Source of the DNA: a bacterium
GTDB lineage: Bacteria > Bacteroidota > Rhodothermia > Balneolales > M1805
Direction of reading: 5' to 3'
Length of the DNA stretch: 64,000 nucleotides
NCBI GenBank assembly: GCA_006226965.1
Contig: SBGQ01000129.1
Span: 23,202 to 87,201 of the forward strand
The notes below the pieces were generated by a model. The model saw only the letters and a list, made by a program, of their open reading frames with translations. It did not search any database and was not told where the DNA came from. Below are positions 20,020-29,309 of this stretch, one piece after another (position 1 is the stretch's first letter; each line of letters opens with the position of its first letter). The translations under genes were made by a program, and so were the position numbers.

Positions 20020-21189
20020 TTATCCATGAAATACATCTTTAATCTTGTCAAAGAAACTTTTCTCTTTGGTTTCTATGCTCTTGGGATCAAAGTGTTTGCT
20101 CAGTCTGAGTGATTCCACTTTTTTGCGGTCATCAGAACTTAAATCTGTTGGGATATACACATTTACACGAACGTATTGGTCACCGGCTACTGTTGAGTTC
20201 AAGCCGATAATACCTTTTCCCTTCATTCTAAGGAGTTTTCCGGGCTGCGTTCCTGATTCAACTTTAATTTTTGCTTTTCCTTTTAAAGTCGGCACTTCAA
20301 CATCTGTCCCGAGAATAGCATCAGCAACAGAAATCGTTAAATCGTGGTAAATATCATTGCCGTCACGAGCAAAATCAGGATGTTCTTTTTCTTCTAAAAG
20401 AACGATAAGATTTCCGGATTCTCCGCCTCTGATTCCGGCATTTCCTTGTCCGCGTAAGGTGATATAGTTTCCATTTGAAACACCGCTTGGAATTTTAACT
20501 TTTACAGTCTCCTCGCCTTTAACTCGTCCTTCACCGGCACATTTCGAACATTTGTTCTTAATGATGCGCCCTTCACCATAACAGGTTGGACAAGGCTGCA
20601 CATTAACAAATTGTCCGAACATCGTTCTGGAAACCTGACGAACTTCACCCATTCCGCTACAGGTATTACAGGTCATGTAATCTGCATCAGACTGCGCACC
20701 TGAACCATTACACTGTGTACACTTTATCGACTTTTTCACTTTTAAAGTCTTTTCGGTACCAAATGCTATTTCGTCGATAGTGAGGGTGATATTTATTTTT
20801 AAATCATTACCCGGGCGACCAACTGAACGCTGAGAACGAGCTCTGCCTCTTCCGCCTCCGAACATATCGCCACCAAAAATATCACCGCCGAAGATATCTC
20901 CAAAACGAGAAAAAATATCTTCAAAGCTCACATTTTGGAAATCAGGTTCATTAAATCCACCAGAGTGTAAACCGGAGTGTCCAAAACGATCGTAACGGGC
21001 ACGTTTATTTTCGTCTTTTAGTACGTCAAATGCTTCGGCAGCTTCTTTAAAATTTTCCGATGCACTTGGGTCGTCCGGGTTTCTATCCGGATGATATTTC
21101 ATGGCCAGCTTTCTGTACGCTCTTTTGATGTCTTCAACTGAAGCATCTTTAGATACGCCTAAAACCTCATAATAATCTCTTTTTGACAT
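20020..21189 (-). CDS. dnaJ: Molecular chaperone DnaJ
   Basis: It has a J domain with HPD, a G/F-rich region and four CxxCxGxG zinc-finger repeats. Confidence 0.95.
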   Translation of the reverse strand: MSKRDYYEVLGVSKDASVEDIKRAYRKLAMKYHPDRNPDDPSASENFKEAAEAFDVLKDENKRARYDRFGHSGLHSGGFNEPDFQNVSFEDIFSRFGDIFGGDIFGGDMFGGGRGRARSQRSVGRPGNDLKINITLTIDEIAFGTEKTLKVKKSIKCTQCNGSGAQSDADYMTCNTCSGMGEVRQVSRTMFGQFVNVQPCPTCYGEGRIIKNKCSKCAGEGRVKGEETVKVKIPSGVSNGNYITLRGQGNAGIRGGESGNLIVLLEEKEHPDFARDGNDIYHDLTISVADAILGTDVEVPTLKGKAKIKVESGTQPGKLLRMKGKGIIGLNSTVAGDQYVRVNVYIPTDLSSDDRKKVESLRLSKHFDPKSIETKEKSFFDKIKDVFHG

Positions 21190-21190
21190 C

Positions 21191-21799
21191 TTATTCGCTC
21201 ACTATTACTTTTGCATGACGTACTACTCGTTCGCCCATTTTGTAACCGGGCTCAAATACCTGAAGTACCGTTCCGCTTGGAATATCGGCGTTTGGTGACG
21301 GTTGTTTCATTAACGCTTCGTGCAGATTTACATCAAACGGAACATGAATTTCATTGATTTTCTCAATTCCGTTTTTCAGCAATACGTTTTCGAACTTTTC
21401 AGCAACCAATTGCACGCCTTTTAAGAAATTTTCATCAATTGACAGGTTTTTTGAGCTATCTAATGTTCGCAATAAATCGTCGTTAATGGGTAAGAAATCA
21501 TTTAACGCTTCTACTTTAGACAACTGAATTGTCATATAACGTTCGCGTTCAACACGTTTACGCATATTTTCAAACTCGGCAGATTTACGAAGTAATAAGT
21601 CGTTTTTTTGATTGACTTCTTCTTTGAGTTTTTCGATTTCAGCTAACAAATTAACTTCGCCGGTTTGCACTTCTGCTTGAGAGGCATCAGTTTCCGGTTG
21701 ATGTTGAGTTGCTGAAATTTCTGCTGTATCTAAATCTTCGTTCACGATTGTTTGGTTATCCAAGGTTTGTTCCTTTTGTTTTTTTTCTGACATAGCCAT
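21191..21799 (-). CDS. grpE: Nucleotide exchange factor GrpE
   Basis: It has the coiled-coil plus C-terminal GrpE signature (FENMRKR, VLQVFEPGYKMGERVVRHAKVIVS). It lies directly upstream of dnaJ. Confidence 0.9.
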   Translation of the reverse strand: MAMSEKKQKEQTLDNQTIVNEDLDTAEISATQHQPETDASQAEVQTGEVNLLAEIEKLKEEVNQKNDLLLRKSAEFENMRKRVERERYMTIQLSKVEALNDFLPINDDLLRTLDSSKNLSIDENFLKGVQLVAEKFENVLLKNGIEKINEIHVPFDVNLHEALMKQPSPNADIPSGTVLQVFEPGYKMGERVVRHAKVIVSE

Positions 21800-21813
21800 T
21801 ACTATTTTATTTT

Positions 21814-22857
21814 TTAATTCTTTTGATTTAAACGATTGGCAAACTGTTCTACCAGTGCCACCATTTTGGGGTAATTCATGCGTGTTGGGCCTACAAGTCC
21901 TATTGTTCCTTTTGCATTCCCAAGATTATAGTTTGCAGAAACAACACTGCATGACGCTATTTGTTGAATTTTATTTTCTGAACCGATTCTGATTTTCACA
22001 TCCGGTTGAATAATTCCGGGCTCTTCCTGATCAAACAAATGAATAATCATGTCTTCATTTTCAATCAATTCAATAATACTTTTGTAATTCTTTAAATCAG
22101 CGAATTCCGGTTGCATTGCCATGTATTCAGCGCCGCCAAAATAAAAACGCCGCACTTGAACATCTTCAAAAATATCATCAGCGGAATCAATAAAAACGCG
22201 AACGATTCCGGAAGTATCCAGTGCTTCAACATCGGATAACACTTCATTTATGTTTGATGCAATCTCACTTAGTTTCAAACCGAAAAAACGCTCATTTAAT
22301 ATAGATGAAACGTTGTGCAAATCAGTGATTGAGAACGGATTTTTAACTTCAATCGTAATCGTTTTAATTAAACCTGAAAGAATAGTTAACACGATTAATA
22401 GTTTATCACCGCCAATATCAACTAATTCTAATTTCCTAAAAACCGAATCGGCGTATTTGGGCGCAATAACAATTGCCAATAAATTCGATAAACGAGATAA
22501 TAAAACAGAAGCAGATTGAATTGCATCGTTAACTCCGCGATTCATACTTTCTGTCCATGCATTAAAAACTTCCTGTTCTTTTTTGGTTAATCGCTGCGAT
22601 TTCATCAGGGAATCCACATAAAAACGATAACCCACTTCTGTCGGAACTCGACCTGAAGAAGTGTGAACATGATCGATATATCCTTTTTTTTCAAGGGACT
22701 GCATTACACTACGCACAGTTGCAGAGCTTAAACCTGCACTATATGCCATAGCCAATTCCTTGCTTGGCACAGGATTCGCAGTAATGATAAAGTGTTGAAT
22801 TATTTGTTGAAGAATCTCTTTCTCTCGCGGATTGAGATTAGGCAACTCGGTTTTCAA
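21814..22857 (-). CDS. hrcA: Heat-inducible transcription repressor HrcA
   Basis: It has an N-terminal winged helix (LSSATVRSVMQSLEKKGYI) and a typical length. It is the first gene of an hrcA-grpE-dnaJ operon. Confidence 0.9.
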   Translation of the reverse strand: MKTELPNLNPREKEILQQIIQHFIITANPVPSKELAMAYSAGLSSATVRSVMQSLEKKGYIDHVHTSSGRVPTEVGYRFYVDSLMKSQRLTKKEQEVFNAWTESMNRGVNDAIQSASVLLSRLSNLLAIVIAPKYADSVFRKLELVDIGGDKLLIVLTILSGLIKTITIEVKNPFSITDLHNVSSILNERFFGLKLSEIASNINEVLSDVEALDTSGIVRVFIDSADDIFEDVQVRRFYFGGAEYMAMQPEFADLKNYKSIIELIENEDMIIHLFDQEEPGIIQPDVKIRIGSENKIQQIASCSVVSANYNLGNAKGTIGLVGPTRMNYPKMVALVEQFANRLNQKN

Positions 22858-23005
22858 GGTAAGATCTTATTTAAAACTAGTTCTAATTCAATTAAACGCC
22901 ATGTATAACACATGGTTTTGAAATTAAAGACATATAATTTAACGAAATTCGGCGTTTATTTCAGCTTTTACTTAACTTTAAGGGCTCTTTTGAATTGACA
23001 GACAC

Positions 23006-24382
23006 ATGTTTCAAACCCGTTTATTACTACTTATTATCAGCTTGTTTTGGGTAAGCCCAGCTATTGCACAATTAATTCAAACTAAAAGTTATGAATTTAA
23101 TATGGGTTTTTATCTTGGCAGACCCGCCTATTGGGGTGATTACAATGGCGGTCTGTTTGGTTCGGAAACCGCTTATTCAACCGGAAGTACGCCTCAAAAA
23201 ACTTTTGGAACAGACATCAGTTTCGGCGCAGTAGCTTGGATTCCGATCAAATGGGGATTTAGTTTAAGACCATCTATTGAATACGGATCTTTGAATTACG
23301 TAATCAATGATAATGTTTTCCAACCCTATTTCATGAAAACGCCCTACCGAACAATGGCAGTAGCACTCCAGTATGATTTAGATTTAGGTGGATTTACTCC
23401 CTATTTAAGCTCAGGTATTGAGAGCTTGAAATTTACCGTTCCCGTTCAAAATGAAATGCCGGAGTTTCAATTTGATTCTCCAATTCAAGCTTATCAAAGA
23501 GATCAAGCCATTTCCATTCCTGTTACATTGGGATTCAATTTAGATGTCGGCACGTTTTCGTCGATATTTTTAGAGTCAACCATGCGATTTACAGAAACTG
23601 ATTTATTAGATAATTATACGCCTAATGATTCTAAATTCAGCTTTAAAAACGACATGATTTTTTCTTGGCAAGCCGGAATCAGAGTACAAGTTATAAATGT
23701 GATTAAACTTCTGTTTAACCCTGCAAAACCACAAAAACTTGCTCAATACACCGTGCCGCAAGTAACTGTTAAATGGGAACCCAATCTACCTGAATTAGCT
23801 CAGTTACCTTCAAAAAATCCGATTACAGAACCCATTGCAGAAGTTGAAACAGAAGCAACGAATACAAATGCTTCTATACCCACTCCGACTGTACCTGCAC
23901 CTATTCCTGTTGTTGATATTTCAACCCGTGTTTTTGACCGTGATGCGGAGTTAAAGAAAATGGAAGAGCTTCAAAAACAAAAAGAAGCTGAACCTGTTAA
24001 TACAGAACCAAAACCAAAAAGTAATTTAAATTGGGATCCGACCATTCCAATCATACAAACAAAAACCTCCACTGTGCCTGATGAAATTCCGGAAAATGGA
24101 TTTGTGGAAGATTCCGCCCCCGAAGGGTATTATGTGCAGGTATTTGCCACTGTTGGCCCAATAACTTCATCACGAGTTAGAAAACAGATTATCGAAGAAG
24201 CAAAACGCCAAAATTTACTCGCTGATCCTGAAAAACAAATCATGATTATGAAGAGAAAACAATTCTATGAAGTGCGTATCGGCGTATTCGATTCTTATGA
24301 GCAAACATTGCGTGTACTCGAAGCCATGCAAGGCATATATTTTGATTCATACTCTCTGATATATCTTCCCGATAATCAGTAG
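23006..24382 (+). CDS. Outer-membrane-like N-domain protein with Pro/Glu-rich linker and C-terminal SPOR domain
   Basis: There is a signal peptide (...SPAIAQ) and a beta-rich N-terminal half. The C-terminal SPOR-like motif reads GYYVQVFAT...YEVRIGVFDSYEQTLRVLEAMQ. Confidence 0.65.
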   Translation: MFQTRLLLLIISLFWVSPAIAQLIQTKSYEFNMGFYLGRPAYWGDYNGGLFGSETAYSTGSTPQKTFGTDISFGAVAWIPIKWGFSLRPSIEYGSLNYVINDNVFQPYFMKTPYRTMAVALQYDLDLGGFTPYLSSGIESLKFTVPVQNEMPEFQFDSPIQAYQRDQAISIPVTLGFNLDVGTFSSIFLESTMRFTETDLLDNYTPNDSKFSFKNDMIFSWQAGIRVQVINVIKLLFNPAKPQKLAQYTVPQVTVKWEPNLPELAQLPSKNPITEPIAEVETEATNTNASIPTPTVPAPIPVVDISTRVFDRDAELKKMEELQKQKEAEPVNTEPKPKSNLNWDPTIPIIQTKTSTVPDEIPENGFVEDSAPEGYYVQVFATVGPITSSRVRKQIIEEAKRQNLLADPEKQIMIMKRKQFYEVRIGVFDSYEQTLRVLEAMQGIYFDSYSLIYLPDNQ

Positions 24383-24384
24383 AT

Positions 24385-25491
24385 ATGACAAAACCATTCT
24401 TTATTGGATTTATTCTGTTTTTCCTTGGTTTGCAGGGCTCTTTAACTGCGCAAACCCGTAAGGAAAATACTTCCATTTTTCAACGATATTCGGCTGATAT
24501 TTCCTATGGTTTGCCTTTCTATGTAGGAGATTTTTATCGTCTTTTTTCAGATCCTCTTCCATACGACGGAAGCTTGCTTGGCGGAATTTCTCAATATAAT
24601 AACAGCACCGTTTCCGGTAGTTTAATAATTCCTTGGAAGTACAACATTTCATTTCGCTTAAAGGCTACACAAACAGTCATTTTTTACACTGAAGCACTTG
24701 CAAATGTGAATTTCAAAAATACCTTGTATGATTTCTCTTTACTCCCTCAATACAATTTTAATTTGAAGAAATTTAATATCTATGTCTTTGCCGGTGTAGG
24801 ATATCACGTCTCAACGGAAGCTACTATCTTCCAAACGATAAGCGATACTGAAATCGGGAATAATTACGGGCAAATTGTACGCATGAGTACAACAGGCGGG
24901 TTTGGGGTTGAATATAATGTTTGGCGTCAATTTAGTTTATTCATTGAAGGCGAATGGTACTTTACCGGTTCTGATCGATTTGACGGTTATAATGGGTTTC
25001 AGGCAGGACAATTAGAAAAACCTCAGGAAAAGGACTACTTCACTAGAGACCAGATAATTAGCGGACGATCTGGAATTAGAGTGTATTTCATGAACAGCAG
25101 CAAACTAGTGGCTGAACGTTCCTTTTCAAAAAAATCGAGTTCTTATTATAAAGACCCATACACCAAATTAACGCCGGAAGAAATCAAAAAAGAAAAAGAA
25201 GAAGAATTACCGGAAGAGTTAAAAAAATTGGGGGTTAAACGAAAACTGACAGGCTACAGTTTAGAAGTTAACCGAGTATTTACAGTAGATGAATTAAAGC
25301 GCCAAAAGTCATCCGGTGAAAAAGTAATTACATCCATTCATCAGGCATATCCGAATGCTCAGGTTCAACTTCTGCTTGAAGCAAATGGATTTACCATTCA
25401 TATTGGTGGATTTGGGAGTCTAAAAGAAGCTAAAAACGCAATGTACACCGTTCGTCAATACTACAATGCTGCGAATGTAAGAAAGCATTAA
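24385..25491 (+). CDS. Paralogous outer-membrane-like protein with C-terminal SPOR-like domain
   Basis: It has the same architecture as the upstream gene. The C-terminus reads GYSLEVNRVF...FTIHIGGFGSLKEAKNAMYTVRQ. Confidence 0.55.
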   Translation: MTKPFFIGFILFFLGLQGSLTAQTRKENTSIFQRYSADISYGLPFYVGDFYRLFSDPLPYDGSLLGGISQYNNSTVSGSLIIPWKYNISFRLKATQTVIFYTEALANVNFKNTLYDFSLLPQYNFNLKKFNIYVFAGVGYHVSTEATIFQTISDTEIGNNYGQIVRMSTTGGFGVEYNVWRQFSLFIEGEWYFTGSDRFDGYNGFQAGQLEKPQEKDYFTRDQIISGRSGIRVYFMNSSKLVAERSFSKKSSSYYKDPYTKLTPEEIKKEKEEELPEELKKLGVKRKLTGYSLEVNRVFTVDELKRQKSSGEKVITSIHQAYPNAQVQLLLEANGFTIHIGGFGSLKEAKNAMYTVRQYYNAANVRKH

Positions 25492-26484
25492 TTAATCTCG
25501 CTCCAGTAAGAAATTACATCCTCTAAGTTCTGAATCTGAAAGTCTGCCCAGCACTTCAAAACCACCGTCTTCGGTTGCAAATCCTCTATCCTCTGTAAGT
25601 ATAAAACTACATGAATAGATATTGGCTAAATCAATAACTCCGATTTGACCGACTTCCCCTGAAGGCATTTCTTCTAATGGATTTTCTGGATTTCGAATAC
25701 TTATTCTCATCCAATTTGGCGGATAAAATGGTTTTTGAGTTCCTTGCTTGTACGCTTGACTTAGCAATTCAGCCATACCGTATTCTGAATACAATTGAGA
25801 TGAATTACACGTGTAACGCTCTAATAATAAGTTCTGTAAATCTGATTTTGACATCTCTTTTCTGAATGTCTTCATCCCTCCTGTTTCAACAAGTATTGAA
25901 TCCGGATGTAATTTGATAGATTCAGATTCCGTAGCATCTAACAAACCAAAAGCGGCACCAAAAAGGATGACTGGTATGTCTGATTTTAGTTGCTCTTTTA
26001 ACGGAATATCCAGTTTTAAAAAAGCAGATGTAGTATCACCAACTTTCCTTTTTTCATCAATTAAAAATTGAATCATATAAATTAAGCTGGAATGCGGATT
26101 ATCTGCGTAACCCGGTAAATATGCTAGAATCGGCAGATTTTGAAAAACTGCATCAAAATGCTGACTTATCGATTTTTTATACAAGTCAGGAAATGGAACC
26201 CAATGTTTTGACCTACTCATTGCACTTGTGCCGCTGCTCATAAATACAAGCGCGTTCTGTGTAGTCACTTCATCAGAAATAAGCGTTTTTTCTTTGAATG
26301 CACCGATTGGTAATAAAGGAAAATCGATAGTATTGTTTTCTACCGAGTTTTTGTATCCGAGACTTTGAATGAACTTCTTAAAAACCGGATTCATTTCAGC
26401 TTGATATTCGAATACTAATGAAGCTCTCTCCTTAAATGAGATTTCATCATTAAATATTATGGTTGATAACGAATTCGAAGACAT
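25492..26484 (-). CDS. LuxE/PaaK-family adenylate-forming acyl-protein synthetase-like protein
   Basis: The N-terminal pattern IFN...FKERASLVFEYQAEMNPVFKKF...FPLLPIGAFK and the motif SSGTS...SKH match the Bacteroidota LuxE/PaaK-like family. Its start codon overlaps the flagellin stop codon (TAATG). Confidence 0.6.
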   Translation of the reverse strand: MSSNSLSTIIFNDEISFKERASLVFEYQAEMNPVFKKFIQSLGYKNSVENNTIDFPLLPIGAFKEKTLISDEVTTQNALVFMSSGTSAMSRSKHWVPFPDLYKKSISQHFDAVFQNLPILAYLPGYADNPHSSLIYMIQFLIDEKRKVGDTTSAFLKLDIPLKEQLKSDIPVILFGAAFGLLDATESESIKLHPDSILVETGGMKTFRKEMSKSDLQNLLLERYTCNSSQLYSEYGMAELLSQAYKQGTQKPFYPPNWMRISIRNPENPLEEMPSGEVGQIGVIDLANIYSCSFILTEDRGFATEDGGFEVLGRLSDSELRGCNFLLERD

Positions 26485-29276
26485 TATAACAAGCCGAGAA
26501 TAAAGCCCGGAGCTAAATTTGCCTGAGTTAGTGATGCCGTTTGGTATTGCTGTATAATTCTATTTTTCAGCATATTAGAATAGGTTTTTGCAAAATCTGT
26601 ATCTAACATTCTACTGCGAGCCGATTGGTTTGAGATTATACTGCTTCGCAACGAGTTTTCTCTGTTTGATAAACGATTCTGAATAATTCCAAACGAGTTT
26701 AGCTGATTATTTACACGGTTGATGGAATCGTCAACGTTTTGCAATAATTGGCTTGCTGTTGATTGAGTTAATGGTGTACCTGAACCAAAATCAACTAGAC
26801 CTAAACCAATAACGAGACCCGTATCTGATGCAAGTCGTAAAAACTGACTAATCTGGAAACTGGCATTTGAAAACGTTTTTGGCAAGCTATCAATATTATT
26901 CTCCGTAAATGAGGTTGACGCCGACATGCTGATTTGAGGTGAATTTTCCTCCTGAATACTAATTTGTCCGCCACTTAACGATGCAGAAAAGTTAACCGCA
27001 CCAATATTTCTGCCATCCAAAAATGTGACTAAATTACCGACAGTAAGATTTGAAGTATTCCCTGCTGCAACATCATTTAATGTAAAATTAAAATTCGCAG
27101 ATGCACCGGCTCTCGTTCTTAAATTAATTCGAATAACGTCATTTCCTTCTAAAGTTCCCCATCCATCAATATCTGTTAATCGAGTTCCTGAGTTTACGTT
27201 TACAGCACCGGATTGTAAGGTATTCGAAACCATAGCTTCACCACTGTAAGAAAACGTTAAGTTGATACCACCGTTATTCGGGCGGGGTAATTCAGTAAAA
27301 TCAGCGTTTGAGATACTCATGGCTATTGAGTTTCCTAAATTTGACGGATCTACTACAACTAACTCGTTCAAGGTTGCATTAAACGAAGCTGTTAATGTGG
27401 TTTGCGAATTTATTGCATTAATTAAATCATTTACTGTTGATGTGGATGCACCGCTTGAAGCGCCGGCAAAAACAAAGTTTACGTTTTGCGCCCCACCTAA
27501 ATTATCAGTTAAACGAATGGTGAGCGTGTCACCTGATTGAACATTCGTAAAATTGGGCAAACTGTTTAAAAGCGTTCCTGTGTTAAAAGCTCCTCCAAAA
27601 GTACCGTTCGAAGTAATAATTGTATCTCCGTAGGTTGTGGAGCCGGGATTTGAAAATGTACCGCCGCCGATATAATTCTGGTAGTTCATATTTAACAAGG
27701 TACCTTCACTCAGAGTATCCTCAGAAATTCTTAGCTGTCCACCTGAAATTGTAGCTGTAAAAGAAGAATTCGACGTAATGTAGTTTGCCAAATTCGCATA
27801 AGTATCATTCGGCGTTGCAAAGGTATAGGTTATTGTTTCAATAGTACCATCGTTTGCTCGAAGCTGAATATCGAAAGAATCGCCGGCTAAAAATCCAGTT
27901 CCAATTCCAGCAACAGCATCAGACAATTGAGTACCACCTGCAATTGCAGCTCCGGTATTTTGCCTAATTGATTGTGTGGTTTGTGCAAAACTAATATTTG
28001 AAACCGACGCAGCACCTGTATTCGTGCTATTTTCAATAAAACTTGACAAAGCCCTAAATGAACGCTGTGATAAATTCAATTCATCAATCTGAATTTGATT
28101 TGAAACTAAACTTGCAGAAAACTTAGCCCCGACTTGTGTATTAATCGCGTTGATTACATCATTTACAGTTGCATTTGATGTAGTTGCAGATGCACCGCTA
28201 AATGTGACAGTTACGGCATATGCGACATTATCTCTATCACGTAAATTAATGGTTAAGGTATCTTGTCCTTCAATTAAATTGAACTGATTAAGACTGTTAA
28301 TTTGAGTTGCTCCGGTTATAACGCCTGCCGATGTTAGTGATGAACGTAATGTTCCGGTTGCAGAATTAAAACCAAAACCAATTGTTCCGGTAGCACCGTC
28401 GGTATTTGGAGCTTCAACAAAGTTTCCAAAATTAACAGCTAGGGCATTTCCGGTTGTAACAACAGCTTCACGTACAATAATTTGTCCGTTACTGCTGGCG
28501 GAATAAGACGCCGTAAAGTCGCCGGTTCCGTTTATTGCATCTATTACATCTTGAATGGTATTCGTTGAAAGCTGCCCTTTTGATCCATTACCGGTAATAG
28601 TTGTAGTAACTTGTGTGCCATCACCGCGGGTTAAAATGATATCAAAAGTATCGCCTGCTTGAAAACCCTCGATTTGGTCGAGTGCATTTAGTTGAGTTGC
28701 TGTTGTAATAACTCCTGAAGAGGATAATGCTCCTAAAGATGTTACTTCTTCAACCTGAACATCTTGCGATGTTAAGTCGTCTGTGATAGTTAAACTTATT
28801 GTTTCGTTAAGTTGCTCGCCAACTTGGAATGTTGCAGAATATCCTTCCAGTAACAATTCCTGACCATTATAAACCGATTGATTTACAATTGAAGTGATTT
28901 CATTTGCAAGTCCGTTAATCGACTGTTGAATGTAACCCCTTTCTTCCGGTCCAGTTGCACCATTTGCAGCTTTTATGATGTATTTGCGAACCTGATTAAG
29001 AATATCGGCGATTTTTGTAAGACTCTGCTCCATAATGTCGATCATGCTTTTGGCGTCAGATACATTATGTTGTGCCTGTTCGAGTGCGGCTAAACGGGCT
29101 GATAACTTAGAGGAGATGGAGAATGATGCGGAGTCGTCTTCTGCTCGATTAATTCTTTTTCCGGTTGATAAACGTAAGAAGTCCTGTCCCAATTTCTTGG
29201 TAGTTCGATTAATCTCAAATCTCGTCAGATTGGATAAATCGTTAGTAGCAATCCGTGTAAAATCACCGAGTGACAC
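26484..29276 (-). CDS. Giant flagellin (930 aa) with conserved D0/D1 termini and a ~600-aa repeat-built variable region
   Basis: The N-terminus LRLSTGKRINRAEDDSASFSISSKL...NVSDAKSMIDIMEQSL...VYNGQELL matches the flagellin N domain. The C-terminus SFGIIQNRL...ARSRMLDTDFAKTYSNMLKNRIIQQYQTASLTQANLAPGFILGLL matches the flagellin C domain. The start is GTG, with AGGAG 4 nt upstream. Confidence 0.8.
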   Translation of the reverse strand: MSLGDFTRIATNDLSNLTRFEINRTTKKLGQDFLRLSTGKRINRAEDDSASFSISSKLSARLAALEQAQHNVSDAKSMIDIMEQSLTKIADILNQVRKYIIKAANGATGPEERGYIQQSINGLANEITSIVNQSVYNGQELLLEGYSATFQVGEQLNETISLTITDDLTSQDVQVEEVTSLGALSSSGVITTATQLNALDQIEGFQAGDTFDIILTRGDGTQVTTTITGNGSKGQLSTNTIQDVIDAINGTGDFTASYSASSNGQIIVREAVVTTGNALAVNFGNFVEAPNTDGATGTIGFGFNSATGTLRSSLTSAGVITGATQINSLNQFNLIEGQDTLTINLRDRDNVAYAVTVTFSGASATTSNATVNDVINAINTQVGAKFSASLVSNQIQIDELNLSQRSFRALSSFIENSTNTGAASVSNISFAQTTQSIRQNTGAAIAGGTQLSDAVAGIGTGFLAGDSFDIQLRANDGTIETITYTFATPNDTYANLANYITSNSSFTATISGGQLRISEDTLSEGTLLNMNYQNYIGGGTFSNPGSTTYGDTIITSNGTFGGAFNTGTLLNSLPNFTNVQSGDTLTIRLTDNLGGAQNVNFVFAGASSGASTSTVNDLINAINSQTTLTASFNATLNELVVVDPSNLGNSIAMSISNADFTELPRPNNGGINLTFSYSGEAMVSNTLQSGAVNVNSGTRLTDIDGWGTLEGNDVIRINLRTRAGASANFNFTLNDVAAGNTSNLTVGNLVTFLDGRNIGAVNFSASLSGGQISIQEENSPQISMSASTSFTENNIDSLPKTFSNASFQISQFLRLASDTGLVIGLGLVDFGSGTPLTQSTASQLLQNVDDSINRVNNQLNSFGIIQNRLSNRENSLRSSIISNQSARSRMLDTDFAKTYSNMLKNRIIQQYQTASLTQANLAPGFILGLL
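26949..28718 (-). repeat. Five divergent tandem coding modules (period about 121-130 aa) inside the flagellin variable region
   Basis: The recurring module core is G(A/T)TQL..L......G(D/Q)(T/S)(F/L).I.L....G........F..........T(V/I).D(V/L)I.AIN......F.AS......(I/L).(I/V).E. Cores begin near aa 187, 317, 444, 565 and 693. Confidence 0.7.
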
Positions 29277-29301
29277 AGTACTCCTTTGTTATCACCTAAG
29301 C

Positions 29302-29309
29302 TTATCGGC
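29302..29309 (-). promoter_or_regulatory. Sigma-28 (FliA)-type -10 element upstream of the flagellin gene
   Basis: The minus strand reads GCCGATAA, an exact match to the sigma-28 -10 consensus, 25 nt upstream of the GTG start. The -35 region (TTTAA, 14-15 nt upstream) matches TAAA only weakly. Confidence 0.5.

Noticed and set aside
26484-29276. Treating the flagellin-like gene as the fifth structural gene of the surface-protein operon rather than as a flagellar gene.
   Set aside because: It has both canonical flagellin termini, which imply export by a flagellar type III apparatus, and its own sigma-28-type -10 box. Read-through from the operon cannot be excluded. The simpler reading is a flagellar filament gene that happens to lie adjacent.
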